NCBI GenBank assembly: GCA_025558095.1 | Contig: JAIVFI010000031.1 | Location: forward strand, 434,001 to 498,000 | Length of the DNA: 64,000 nucleotides | Reading direction: 5' to 3' | From: Hyaloraphidium curvatum SAG 235-1 | Taxonomy: Eukaryota > Fungi > Monoblepharomycota | In this document: piece by piece, positions 1 through 10,683 of the stretch | Layout: the number at the start of each line of letters is the position of its first letter | How positions within the stretch are numbered: the first letter of the stretch is position 1 | Position numbers and translations under genes: made by a program | The notes under the pieces: generated by a model | Databases searched by the model: none | What the model saw: the letters and a program-made list of their open reading frames with translations, nothing else | Told to the model about the DNA's origin: nothing

Positions 1-607
1 GCACGAGATCCGTCTGCGTGGTGGGTGCCTCCGTGCCGGGTTTGCGGCCAGTGCCCTCGTCGCGCGGAAACAGCGCCCGGATCCCGACGAATCCGGCCGT
101 GAACGCGATGCCCGCCAGCGCAAACCACAGCGGTCCCGGCGCCAGTCTGCCCCGCGCCGTCTTGGGCAGCTCCGACAGGAACTTCCCCGCGAACTCGGGC
201 AGCCACGTCCCCAGGGGCTCAAAGACCACGGCACCCGTCGGCGAACGCTTGACGAGCGACATCTCCGCGTTGCAGAATGCTTGGACCACCGGCCCCACGA
301 GGAACGCGTACAGAACGGTCGGAATCCCGAGCCTCCTTGCTCTGTCCGCCATGTACCCGCGCAAACCCCTCTTTGCGGCCCCGCCCTCCACGAAGAACCC
401 GCTCAGGAGGAAAAACTCCGACATGAAGAAGCTCTGGTTGACTCCCGCGATGATCGACAGCCCCGGCGACACGAAGCCCGGGGGCAGCGAGGGGTCGTGG
501 AAGGGCCAGCCGCCGGACGCGCCGTTGGCGATGGAGGAGTGGTGCCACGGGACCAGGCAGGTCAGCGCGACGCGCGCGTGGGAGACGGTGGAGAGCATTG
601 TGGGCAT
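1..607 (-). CDS. Acyltransferase family 3 (OpgC/MdoC-like membrane O-acyltransferase), 3' end truncated by the window edge
   Basis: Absent from the ORF track because it has no stop in the window. Manual translation from ATG 607 gives MPTMLSTVSHARVALTCLVPWHHSS...VNQSFFMSEFFLLSGFF...GYMADRARRLGIPTVLY, with the R-x8-HH, FFxLSG and RxxRLGIP motifs of Acyl_transf_3. Confidence 0.85.
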   Translation of the reverse strand, partial: MPTMLSTVSHARVALTCLVPWHHSSIANGASGGWPFHDPSLPPGFVSPGLSIIAGVNQSFFMSEFFLLSGFFVEGGAAKRGLRGYMADRARRLGIPTVLYAFLVGPVVQAFCNAEMSLVKRSPTGAVVFEPLGTWLPEFAGKFLSELPKTARGRLAPGPLWFALAGIAFTAGFVGIRALFPRDEGTGRKPGTEAPTTQTDLV

Positions 608-859
608 GACGGTGGAGGAAGCGGCGACGCGTCGAAAGCCTGTCAACGGCGTGCGTGCTTCCGTCCGTCTCAGAAGGCGAGAGAGGGACGACGGCGGCCG
701 CGCCGCCGTGGTCGGCGCGGACTCAGGGTCCTGGAGCAATCCTCGCAAATCTCTAGTGCCACTGCGTGGGCGGCGCACCCTACCTGCTCAACACGTCGCG
801 AGCCGCTTCCGTCCCACCTCGGGCCCGGCGCCTACGCCTCTCCCCTTCGCACCCCCGAA

Positions 860-1207
860 ATGTCCTCCTCCAACTCGACGACCGTAGCGGCCCGCAGCAC
901 CATCCCCTCGGGACCGACCACCACCACCGCCGTCGAGGGCACCGTGGAAGCAACCTCGGGCACCTTCCGCGGGGAGAACTTCGAGCAGACCGCAGTGTTC
1001 GAGATCGACGGCGGGGCCGAGTTCTCGGAACAGCCCGCGCCGGCCCCGGCCCCGGTGCTGATCCAGCAGGCCGCACCGGCCCCGCCGGCAAAAGTGCAGG
1101 TGGCAGCTCCGCAGCCGACGATCACGAAGCCGGCGGCGCCGCCGGCGCCCAAGCCCCAACCGGCACCGGAGCCAAAGAAGGAGAAGAAGAGCTGCTCGTT
1201 GATGTAG
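860..1207 (+). CDS. Small Pro/Ala-rich protein with polybasic tail and CaaX prenylation motif
   Basis: ATG at 860, 115 aa, ends PKKEKKSCSLM*; C/G-ending codon bias. Confidence 0.7.
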   Translation: MSSSNSTTVAARSTIPSGPTTTTAVEGTVEATSGTFRGENFEQTAVFEIDGGAEFSEQPAPAPAPVLIQQAAPAPPAKVQVAAPQPTITKPAAPPAPKPQPAPEPKKEKKSCSLM

Positions 1208-1546
1208 GGTTGGGGGATCGACCGACTGACACGACTGCGGTAGATTTTGCCGTCGATTTCGCTTGGAGCTTTGGAGGAGGACGGCCGGTTATGCGGCGTG
1301 GTTCGCGCAGACTTCAACGCTATCCGGACGCGCCCATCGAGATCTTAGACTCGCCTCAAATCTGCTTGTTTATGTAATCCGAATGAGCTCCGTTTACGCA
1401 CTGTAGAGTCTGATCGGCGTTCAGCATTGGAAAGGACGACTGTGATCCTTCAACGCTTCGTGACGATCGGCCGGCAGACGGCACCACAGCGAGCCGAACC
1501 CAACATCACCGGCGCGTTGCCTGCTGCGAATCCCAGGTCGTACGGC

Positions 1547-2562
1547 ATGTCCGTTCCTTCCTACATTCCCGCCGCCCTGCGGCCGCAAATCCAGCGCTTC
1601 CTGGACTTTGGCGCGCGTGCCGAGTGGCCGGACCCGTTCCAAGCGGACGACGGCTTCCGCTCGGCCGTGCTCGTGCTGCTCGTCCCCGACGACCGCGGCG
1701 AGAACCTGGACGTGGTTCTGACGGTGCGGACGACCAAGCTGCGGCGGAACGCCGGGGAGGTGGCCCTTGCCGGAGGTGGGAGACGCGGCGCGTTAATCGT
1801 TGCCGATGCTGACCTACAATGAAAGGCCGGTTCGACGCGGCGGACAAGACGCTGACCGTCACTGCGCTCCGCGAGTGCGAGGAGGAGATCGGCGTGCCCG
1901 CATCGGCCGTCACGGTGCTCTGCACGCTCCCCGTGTTCATCTCCCGGACGTCGCCCAAAACCCTGGCCGACGGCGTGCCGTCCAAGTACACCAACCTGCT
2001 GATGACCCCCGTGGTCGGCGTCATGTCCCCCGCGGCATGGAATGGAATCAAGCCCAACCCGGACGAGGTCGCCGCCGTGTTCCGCGTTCCCCTGGGCTTC
2101 TTCATGGAGAGCTCGAAGGAGCACTCGGCCCTCATCTACCGCTGGCCCGAGCACAGGGACATCGTCGCCATCACGCACACTTTCCGCACCGGGACCGTGC
2201 CGGCGAAGGACATCGTTTGGGCCGAGCCGGCGCCCGAGGTCAAGAAGCTCACGCCCGTCGTCGGCGTGACCACGAACATTGTCGTCGTCGCGGCCGAGCT
2301 CGGGCTCGGCGCGCGATCGGGGATCCGGAAGGCCGTGGGCAAGGTGACCATCGACACGCTGCCGAAATCCAAGGAAAAGGACAGCTCGCTGCCGCCCATG
2401 GTGGAGAGGCTGCTGCAGGGTTTCTACGCAGGGGGGATGACTGAGGAGAGGAAGGCGGACATGATGGCGCGGCTGACGGGGCATTGGAAGCGCAAGGCGG
2501 GGGCGACGCTCGGGGAGGAGCGGGGGCTTAACGTCCCGCAGCTCCTGGAGAGCAATTTGTAG
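1547..2562 (+). CDS. Nudix hydrolase, CoA pyrophosphatase type (PCD1/NUDT7-like); one intron at 1776-1825
   Basis: SAVLVLL...LTVRTTKLRRNAGEVALAG|GRFDAADKTLTVTALRECEEEIG (CoA motif plus Nudix box) and NPDEVAAVFRVPL; GT...CTGAC...AG intron joins the two frames; ends -SNL. Confidence 0.9.
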
Positions 2563-2842
2563 ATCTGAAGCACGCGCGATGCTTTCGCGGCGTGATGGCG
2601 TAATATTCTTCCGACGCAAGAGCGTACAAGGCAAGGTAATCCGCTGCTTCGGTCCTGGATGTGGCGCGACGGCAAAATAATAATGATGGAACGCGGGCGG
2701 GTATCACGTCCTCGTCCCTCGGTCCCCCGGCCACTCGGGTATCCCCCAGGCCATCGAACGCAAGCCACACGGCACCCATCGGACCGCAATCGTTTCTGAG
2801 CGCCCGATCCCGCGCCTAACATGAGGTGACGCCGGGCACGCC

Positions 2843-4807
2843 ATGTCGGGCAAAACAGCGGTCCTCCGCGTCGTGGGGGTCGTCCCCGCCGGGGCGCCGG
2901 GGCTCGCGAATGCCGCGGACACATTGCAGTGGAGCCGTGCCCGGCGACGTCGTCCTCGGCGGGATTCGGATGACGAACGTACCGCTGTGGCGAAGGACGA
3001 GGACGCATCGGAGGGCGGCTATTCCTGGGACGACCTCGTCCGGCGCGCAGACGAATGGCGGGCCGAGCGCGAGGCCGCCGCGAGGGGCGGCCGGGAAGCG
3101 GACGACGACGACGCTTTTTCCGCGCCCGGGAGGATGGTGCTCGCAAACGGAGTTTCGGTGCCTGGCGGCGGTCCCACCATCCTGGAGTTCCTCTTCACGG
3201 CCATGCCGAGAGGCGCCGGGGCCGATGCCGTCGCCCAGAGGCCGCCGGACCTGCCGCGTGGACCCGCCCCGCTGCCGGGCCCGCCGGACGTGCTTCCGCG
3301 GGCAATGGCAGCCTTTTGGACGCCGCTTCATGTCCTGGTGCCCCTCATACACCGAACCGCTTTCGAAAGCGCGATTCGGAGCTCCAATGGGGTCGTCACC
3401 GGGGTCGCCGCTTCCATTTATCGGACACCTCCGCTCGCGCTCATGTACGCCATTGCTGCCAACGGGGTACGCTTAGTGCCCACCTTGGATGCCCACCAGA
3501 GGTTGGCGTACGCGGCCGCCTGCTTCGAACGGACGAGGGATTTGCTTCTGTCTCGCGGGCGCGATGACCTGGAATCTGCCCAGGCTATCTTCTTGCTCAT
3601 GGGTCTTTTGTACTTGGCAGGCGCCCCGGGCAAAACTTTGCCTCTGCTGAGGCGTTGTGTCGCGACGGCACAGGCGCTCTATCTGGGTTTGCCAACGAAG
3701 CGGCCCTCGAGCGCGGGGGAATGGCTAGCTCGGGACCATGTCCTCCGGCTTCGGATTTGCGTGGCCTGGATGGACTACGCCACCGCCTACAACACTCCGG
3801 GCGGGACGCACGCCCAGGGGTCGTACTTTTACCCCCACCGGCTCGAACTGCCGAGATCGGAGGCTTTCTACTGTCACGCTGATCCGGAGGAGGCTTTCTC
3901 CATGCTACAGCAGATGCACCCGGACCCGGAAGTGGTGGAAATCCCGGCGCACCACGGCTGGGACGCGGCCAAAGCAATATGCCACGACCTTGCGCGGGCT
4001 CCGTTCGGCGGGAACGCCTCGATTATGTGCCTGACCATGGCATTCGCCTTTGTCCGGCACATTGCGGTGGCGTCCCGCGGCACCAACAACGACACGCGCA
4101 TGGCGGCGCTTGCGATGCCGGCGCTCGTGGATGCCATGTGGTCGGCCTTTCCCGCTGACCAGCTTACCTCCCTTCGCTCGGGGGATCCGGGACCTTTTCT
4201 GGACCACTCGAACGAGTGGTTTCCTCATCCCTACCACGGATTCATGGCGATTTCGGCCCTGTTTTTCACGGAGGAGCACGCGTTCATGAGCCTGAGCGAT
4301 GGCGGCTTCTGGTCGGCGGCGGCGACCCGCGCGCTCCGTTTCGCGAGCATCCTCAAGATCCTCCTGGACCGGGATCCACACCTCGACTCCATCGCCTTCT
4401 TCGTCCTCGGGCCCATCTTTCGGGCCGGGACCGTGCTGCTGAGCGCCGTCAAGTCTTCCGGGGCTGCACTCCCCGGCGAGACCAGCAGCGAGAAGGCAGA
4501 ACGGAAGCGGCGCCTGCGCGAGCTTCGCACGGGGGCGCAGGCCGTCGCCCGCGCTCTGCACGGGCTGAACGAAATCTACGGGATGGCGGCGCGGCAGGTC
4601 GATGCGGCATTTGCGAGGATGATGGCCGAGGCGGGGTTGTCCGAGGCCAGCTCCTCTGCGATCGAGGTGCTTTCCGAGCTGGCCTCGGGCGCGGCCGAAT
4701 CCATCATCATGGATGAGGAGGTGCCGGACAAGGAGAGTGCGATGTGGTTCGCGGACATTCTGATGCGGGACGAGTCCGCAAAGTCGTCGTCGGTGGTGTC
4801 GAGATAG
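2843..4807 (+). CDS. Fungal-specific transcription factor (middle homology region) protein without Zn2Cys6, paralog A
   Basis: 654 aa intron-free ORF; FW..H..VPLIHRTAFE, LMYAIAA, DLESAQAIFLL, ATAQALYL motifs; paralog of 4910-6931. Confidence 0.75.
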   Translation: MSGKTAVLRVVGVVPAGAPGLANAADTLQWSRARRRRPRRDSDDERTAVAKDEDASEGGYSWDDLVRRADEWRAEREAAARGGREADDDDAFSAPGRMVLANGVSVPGGGPTILEFLFTAMPRGAGADAVAQRPPDLPRGPAPLPGPPDVLPRAMAAFWTPLHVLVPLIHRTAFESAIRSSNGVVTGVAASIYRTPPLALMYAIAANGVRLVPTLDAHQRLAYAAACFERTRDLLLSRGRDDLESAQAIFLLMGLLYLAGAPGKTLPLLRRCVATAQALYLGLPTKRPSSAGEWLARDHVLRLRICVAWMDYATAYNTPGGTHAQGSYFYPHRLELPRSEAFYCHADPEEAFSMLQQMHPDPEVVEIPAHHGWDAAKAICHDLARAPFGGNASIMCLTMAFAFVRHIAVASRGTNNDTRMAALAMPALVDAMWSAFPADQLTSLRSGDPGPFLDHSNEWFPHPYHGFMAISALFFTEEHAFMSLSDGGFWSAAATRALRFASILKILLDRDPHLDSIAFFVLGPIFRAGTVLLSAVKSSGAALPGETSSEKAERKRRLRELRTGAQAVARALHGLNEIYGMAARQVDAAFARMMAEAGLSEASSSAIEVLSELASGAAESIIMDEEVPDKESAMWFADILMRDESAKSSSVVSR

Positions 4808-4909
4808 TTGCATTCGCATTCGCAGAACGAGCACTGTTCTTCCAGGCAAACGGCATCACATATAGGCTAGCGGAGCTCGATCCCTGCTGTCGCAACCCCG
4901 CCGAAGAGA

Positions 4910-6931
4910 CTACAGGAACACGGCGCTACCGACGTCCGAGAGCCTGCCCGACGAGTTGGCCGGCGACTTGCCGGCCTCCTCCCGCATGAGGACGTCGGCG
5001 AAAAACACCGCGGTGTCCTTCCCGGGCACATCCTCGTCCTCGATGGTCGAATCGGGCCCCGCGGTAAGGTCCGACGTCTCGTCGACCACCACCACCGAAC
5101 CCGACGCCTCCGAGACGCCGGCCTCGCGCATCAGCCGTGCGAACGAGGCGTCCACCGCCCTGGCTGCCATGCCGAAGTGCTCCGCGAGCCCGTTCAGCGC
5201 GCGCGCCACGGTCCTGACACCGCTTTCCAGGTCGCGCCGGCGCTGCTTGCGTTCCGCCCTCTCGCTCTTTGTTTCCCCGGGCAATGCGGGGCCCGACAGC
5301 GTCTTTGCGGCGCCGAGGAGCACGGTGCCTCCTTTGAACACCGCGGCGATCACGAAGAAGGGGATGGTGGCAAAGTTCGGGTCCCAATCGAGCAGGCCCT
5401 CCAGGATGGAGGTGAACCGGAGCACCCGTGCGGCGGCCGCGCTCTTGAAGCCGGCCTGGATCAGGGGCCCAAACGCGTGCTCTTCGACCATCAGGATGAA
5501 CTGAACCGCGACCGATGCGTGGTGGGGGTGCGCAAAGACGGAGCTGGAGTCGGCCAACAGCGGGCCGGGGTCCCCGGCGCGAAGTGGGCCGAGGTACTCG
5601 GGCGGGAAAGCATCCCAGAGCGAGTCGACGAGCGCAGGCATGGCCAGAGCGGCGAGACGGCTGTCCCCGGAAGCGCGTTCCGATGTTTTCCGGGAAGAGA
5701 TTTCCACGTGCCGGACAAACAAGTAGGCCAGGATCAGGGAAAAAATGGAGGCGTTGCCTCGGAAGGCTCTCCGCGCGATGTTACCGCAGATGGCCTTGGA
5801 TCCATCCCAGCCGTGCTGTGCAGGAATCTCCACGACCTCGGGGTCCGGATGCTTCTGCTGAAGCAAGGCGAATGCCTCCTCGGGATGAGCATGGAAGAAA
5901 TAGGCCTCCGATCTCGGTAGTTCGAGGCCGTGAGGGAAGAAATATGAGCCCATTGTTTGGGTTGCACCAGAGCTGTACGACGCTCCGTAATCGATCATGG
6001 CTGCACCCAAGCGCAGCCGCAGGACGAGCTCCCGCGCGATCCATTCTGCCGCGCTCTTGGGCCTCGTCCGTGGTAAGCCAAGATACAAGGCTTGCGCCGT
6101 GGCCACGGTCCTCCGAAGGAGGGGCAGCGTTTTCCCTGGAACCCCCGCCAGGGCGAGAAGACCGACTAGCAGGAAAAGAGCCTGGGCCGATTCGAGGTCG
6201 TCCGTCTGGCGAGACAGCAGGAGGTCCCTGCAGCGTTCGAAGCACGCGACTGCATACGCCCGCTTCTCCGCGGCATCCAGCGTGGGCACCAGCCGCACGG
6301 CGTTGGCGGCCATGGCGTACATCAGCGCCATGGGTCGAGTCCGATAGATGGAAGCGAGTTCCGGGGTGCCTCGCGAGGCGCCGGTGGTGCTTCCCGAGCC
6401 CCGCATGGCCGCCTCGAAAGCTGGACGATGAATCACTGGCACCACGACGTAATGATGAGTCCAGAATGCGGCCAGCGCCCGCGGGAGCACGTCCGGCGGG
6501 CCCGGCAGCGGCCGGGGCCCGTGGGGCAAGTCGGGCGGCCTCAGGGCGACGGCGTCGGCCCCGACGCCCCTCGGCATGGCGGTGAAGAGGAACTCCAGGA
6601 TGGTCGGGCCGCCGCCGGGCACCGAGACGCCGTTCGCGAGCGGCATCCGCGGCAGCGTGCCGTCGTCGTCGTCGCGGCCCTCCCGCGCGGCGGCCACGCG
6701 CTCGGCCCGCCACTCATCTGCGCGCCGCACGAGCGCGTCCCACGCATAGCCGCGCCCGTCACCGTCCTCGTCTGCTGGCGCGTCGGCCACGCCACCAGTC
6801 TTCGGCCGCCGCCGCGCGCGGCTCCACTGCAAAGTATCCGCGGCGCCCGCGAGCCCCGGCGGCCCGGCGGGCACGACGCCCACGACGCGGACGACGGCCG
6901 CGGCCCCGCCGCTCGTGTCCGGTACCGCCAT
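4910..6931 (-). CDS. Fungal-specific transcription factor (middle homology region) protein without Zn2Cys6, paralog B
   Basis: Likely start MAVPDTSGG at 6931, aligning with the start of paralog A; collinear similarity over the full length. Confidence 0.75.
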   Translation of the reverse strand: MAVPDTSGGAAAVVRVVGVVPAGPPGLAGAADTLQWSRARRRPKTGGVADAPADEDGDGRGYAWDALVRRADEWRAERVAAAREGRDDDDGTLPRMPLANGVSVPGGGPTILEFLFTAMPRGVGADAVALRPPDLPHGPRPLPGPPDVLPRALAAFWTHHYVVVPVIHRPAFEAAMRGSGSTTGASRGTPELASIYRTRPMALMYAMAANAVRLVPTLDAAEKRAYAVACFERCRDLLLSRQTDDLESAQALFLLVGLLALAGVPGKTLPLLRRTVATAQALYLGLPRTRPKSAAEWIARELVLRLRLGAAMIDYGASYSSGATQTMGSYFFPHGLELPRSEAYFFHAHPEEAFALLQQKHPDPEVVEIPAQHGWDGSKAICGNIARRAFRGNASIFSLILAYLFVRHVEISSRKTSERASGDSRLAALAMPALVDSLWDAFPPEYLGPLRAGDPGPLLADSSSVFAHPHHASVAVQFILMVEEHAFGPLIQAGFKSAAAARVLRFTSILEGLLDWDPNFATIPFFVIAAVFKGGTVLLGAAKTLSGPALPGETKSERAERKQRRRDLESGVRTVARALNGLAEHFGMAARAVDASFARLMREAGVSEASGSVVVVDETSDLTAGPDSTIEDEDVPGKDTAVFFADVLMREEAGKSPANSSGRLSDVGSAVFL

Positions 6932-7227
6932 GCTGCAGTGGCAATCGGTCCCTTGCCGCGCGACGCCAGGGGAGTTGGGTCCAGACCGATCGGCTCCCCA
7001 ATCTCTCGCACCACTGGGAGGATGGAGGATGCGAAATGAATGTCTCCACGTCAATACCACAGTCTGCGACGCAATCATTAAACATTCCGACGGGATCGAG
7101 CTGCCTTTCGATGCAACAGACTCCCGCCTCGGCCGAAAGCGAAAGCTCCGAATATCCGATGCGGGGACCGCACACGCCGGGACCGAGGGACAGCTGGCCA
7201 TGAAGCACCTGATGCGCACATCCAAGC

Positions 7228-7860
7228 TCAAACGGGCTTCACCGCGCGTACATATGTCCGACGGGACGCGTGCTCGACGCCCGGGTACGGCTCGCGGACT
7301 TGAGCCTCCACCACGTCGAAGCCTGCGCTTGCGATCGCCCGCTCCAGCTCTCCTTCAGCGAACATGCGGAAATCCAGGCTCACAGGAACGCCCCACATCT
7401 CGCCCGGACGGATCGGCGCGTCGCCGAGGTGGGCAGCCGCGACGAGTTCCCCTCCTGGCTTCAGGCAGAGCAGGAGGGCGTCCAAGGCGCGTGCGAGCTG
7501 CTCGTCGTCGAAGTGAATGAGAGAATAGAACGCGATCGCGGCGTCGAAGCGTCCTGGCGACGCCCCGAGCCCGAGCAAGTCCACGATCTCGAACTGAAGT
7601 TCGGAATGTCGCCTCCGTGCCTCGGCAACCATGCCTTCGGACGCATCGAGCCCAACAGCACGGACACCCCGCGCCGCCAAGTACGCCGCCACGTGGCCCG
7701 GCCCGCAGCCGACGTCTGCGACGGTCCTCCCCGCCCAGCGCGCCGCGAACGCGTCGAGGAGGGCCCGGTCGAACGGCTTGCCGTCGAGCTCCGAAGACAG
7801 GTGCTCAGCGTATGCCGACGATAAGTTGCTGTAGTCTGCTGCCGTCTGCGCGGGATCCAT
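7228..7860 (-). CDS. Class I SAM-dependent methyltransferase, bacterial type
   Basis: Motif I VADVGCGPG, motif II GLDASEGM, FYSLIH, LKPGG; no introns. Confidence 0.9.
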   Translation of the reverse strand: MDPAQTAADYSNLSSAYAEHLSSELDGKPFDRALLDAFAARWAGRTVADVGCGPGHVAAYLAARGVRAVGLDASEGMVAEARRRHSELQFEIVDLLGLGASPGRFDAAIAFYSLIHFDDEQLARALDALLLCLKPGGELVAAAHLGDAPIRPGEMWGVPVSLDFRMFAEGELERAIASAGFDVVEAQVREPYPGVEHASRRTYVRAVKPV

Positions 7861-8017
7861 GACTCAAAGAGCACGATCCGGGACCGATGAAGCAGTCCGC
7901 TTTCGCGCGATCGCGATCCGCCCTTTGCCACACCGACCATCTCCCACGGCTCCCGTCTTACTCCGGTTCTAGCCCGGGCAACCGACGTCGCTCGGCGACC
8001 AGCGTCCCGCGGGCAGG

Positions 8018-9419
8018 ATGACCAACTCCACGGCGATGCCGGCCGAGGCGCTCGGCACCTTCTTCCACCAGACCCTCCCCGACGGGTTCACGGCGTTCGT
8101 CACCTTTCTCGTCTCGTACCTGGGCGAGGCGACGACGTTCGTCCTGCTCTACTACCTAACCACGAAGCTGACGTCGCTCTACAACGGATTGGTGGGATTT
8201 CGGAGGTGGTGCGGCGGAGGGCGCTCGCTGACGGGAGTCCTCCTCTATCCCTTCCCCTCCTCCTCTATCCCCTTCTCCTCACACGTCCTTCTCTCCTCGC
8301 CCCGTTTCTCGTTTTTCTCGTTTCGTTCCGTGTTCATGCAACAGTACTTCGACTACGTCGCCCGCAACGGGCTGTACGAGCAGTACCGCATCCAGAACGA
8401 CCGGAAGATCCCCGACGAGCTCCAGGAGCTCGCGTGGGAGAACCGGCACGGGGTCACGGGCTACATCGGCCTCTTCACCACGGGGCTGCCGCTCATGTAC
8501 CTGGCCTACTTTGTCATGAACCGCCTCTTCGGGATTGGCGTGTTCAGGATGCCAAAGAGCTACGGGGAGGCCGCGTGGGAGTTCTTCATTGGAACGGTGG
8601 TGTGGGATGCCGTTCTGTTCTGGATCCATTATGGATTGCACTGCTTCCCTTATCTGTGAGGTTCCCGCGGTCGATGCATATGCTGAAGCTGATCTCGTGA
8701 GCCCACAGCTACCAGACGATCCACAAGAAACGTCTGTCGTGAGGTGCCCAGGCTTCTGGCAAATGCTGACTTCCCGTCCTGCAGACCATGAGTTCAAGAC
8801 CGTCTCTACTATCACGGGAGGGCACCTCACCTTCCTTGACTTCATTCTGAGTGAGTCGTGAACGGATTTGAGCGATCTTTTGGCTAAACGGCTCACCGCA
8901 AATTAGTGGACTACCTGCCGACGCGGATTGGGATCATCGCCGGGAACATGAGCTTCCCCGTCATGCTCGCATGGTACGTTCGCGACCAGGCGTCCACGAG
9001 CTGCGCTCTGACGACGCGGGCATCGATTGCAGGCTAGCATTCTATACCCATATCGCTAGCCGGGCGCACTGCGGCTACGCGCTTCCCTGGGATCCGCTGA
9101 ACTGGCTCATGCCCTATGTCGAGAACCGTGGGAGGCTACCAGGGCCCTTGTGTCAACGAGTCTGACATGTCTTCTCTCTATAGACGACTGGCACCACCGC
9201 AGGAACAACTCGAACTACCAAACGCTCTTCTTCTACTGGGACTGGATCGTCGGGGGTTTCAACGGTTTCTGGGAGTTCCGCAGGAAGCGATGGGGCGGGC
9301 CCGAGCACTGGATCGATGGGCAGGGCATCGTCGATTCGGATCGAGCGGCGTACGAGAAGATCGACGGCACGGTGCCGGTCGGAGACGATACCATGAAGCT
9401 GATCAAGAAGAAGAAGTGA
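8018..9419 (+). CDS. Fatty acid hydroxylase/sterol desaturase superfamily (ERG25/ERG3-like), multi-exon
   Basis: His boxes after splicing: FWIHYGLH, YQTIHKK|HHEF, AHCGY, N|HDWHH; NY..F..WD; C-terminal KKKK ER-retrieval signal. Confidence 0.85.
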
Positions 9420-9500
9420 TTGTCATTGGTGTGAATCGAGATCATTGCGTCCAAACTTGCGTGATGTGCTTCGCTACAGCACGCCCGATCTGTCGTTGAC

Positions 9501-10539
9501 TCACAACCTCCCAACCGTCTCTCCGACCTTGCTCTCGCCTTCGACGGTCTGGCCCCCGATTTCCGGCGTAAGGTATTTGTGCATCCTCCGGTTCTCCTGC
9601 CACATGTCGACCTTCCAGGAAACAGTGTATCAGCGCGAGAACGGCTAGTGCGGATGCTGGCCCTACCTTCATTACCTCGTTGAAGTCCTGGAGCTCCGCA
9701 ATGAGATCCGCTTCGACCTCCTTCTCCGCCCGCAAGACGCATTGCTTGGCCCGTGCAACGGCGTTTGGCTCGAACTTGGCCATCCGCTTCGCCAGCCGAT
9801 CCACATGTGCTTCCGCCTCTTCGTCGGAGGGGAAAACCCGGTTGATGAGGCCGTATTTCTCGGCAATGTCGGCCGAGAAATCGTCCGAGGATAGCAGGAT
9901 CTCCATAGCCCGTGATCGTCCGCAGAGTCGCGGCATTCGCACAGTGCCGCCTCCTCCCGGAATGATCCCGAGGGCGACCTCCATTTGGTTAAAGATCGCG
10001 TTCGGCCCAGAGAAGCGCATGTCCATCGCCTGCGACATTTCGCAGCCGCCTCCTCCGGCGCGGCCGTTAATGAGCGCGATCGTTGGCTTTGGCATCCGAC
10101 GAAGCGTCTCGGTCATTTGCTGCCCCAGGGTCAGAGACCAGCTACCGGCAGCGAGTTCCCCGGCCCTCATAACAGGCCAGTGGTTGTCCAAGAAGTGGCT
10201 GAAGCGACCAGAGGCACGATGAGACGAAGCTCCACTCTTGCGTCGAACGGAGCACACCCACACGTCAAAGTGAGCGATGAACCATCCCGGGACTTTGGAT
10301 TTCATGACCACGACGCGAACCGCGTCATCATTCGCCAGTTTTGGGATCACTTGGCAGGAATGCCTGCGAGTCAGGCCCGGGGATGCGGAAAAGGTGGCGG
10401 ACGGCGCACCGTCAATGAGCTCCCCGGCGAGCGCAGCCGTCATCAGGTTTATCGGAGGATTGTTGATGTAGATTGTCGCCACGCCCGCATCCTTGGTGAC
10501 CTCTATTAGATCGTAGGAGCTTTTCGCTGAGAATGCCAT
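9501..10539 (-). CDS. Enoyl-CoA hydratase/isomerase (crotonase family), multi-exon
   Basis: INNPPINLM, WFIAHFD, PKPTIALINGRAGGGGCE, EVALGIIPGGGGT; last exon VDMWQEN...VGRL*. Confidence 0.9.
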
Positions 10540-10683
10540 GTTCGTCCTTTGCTGGGTGACAGCGGCCGCGTGGGAGGCAGATCGAAAGGGCACGATCGTC
10601 TGCCCCTCCAAACCCGCCCTGTGCGCCGCATTCCCCGCTTGACCCTGCCGGGACCGCGCCGGGCCACTGCATCGCCCACCAGA

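Noticed and set aside
2843-6931. Inverted repeats as transposon termini
   Set aside because: They are whole diverged coding paralogs; no transposase, short TIR or target-site duplication
6541-7231. Cys-containing alternative frames upstream of the TF paralogs as a hidden Zn2Cys6
   Set aside because: No CxxC-x6-C-x5-12-CxxC-x6-8-C spacing, and the Cys are not conserved between the paralogs
8192-8344. Stop-free in-frame introns (also ~39711-39770 and the last BTA1 intron) as regulated intron retention
   Set aside because: Expected by chance in short GC-rich introns; no evidence without transcripts
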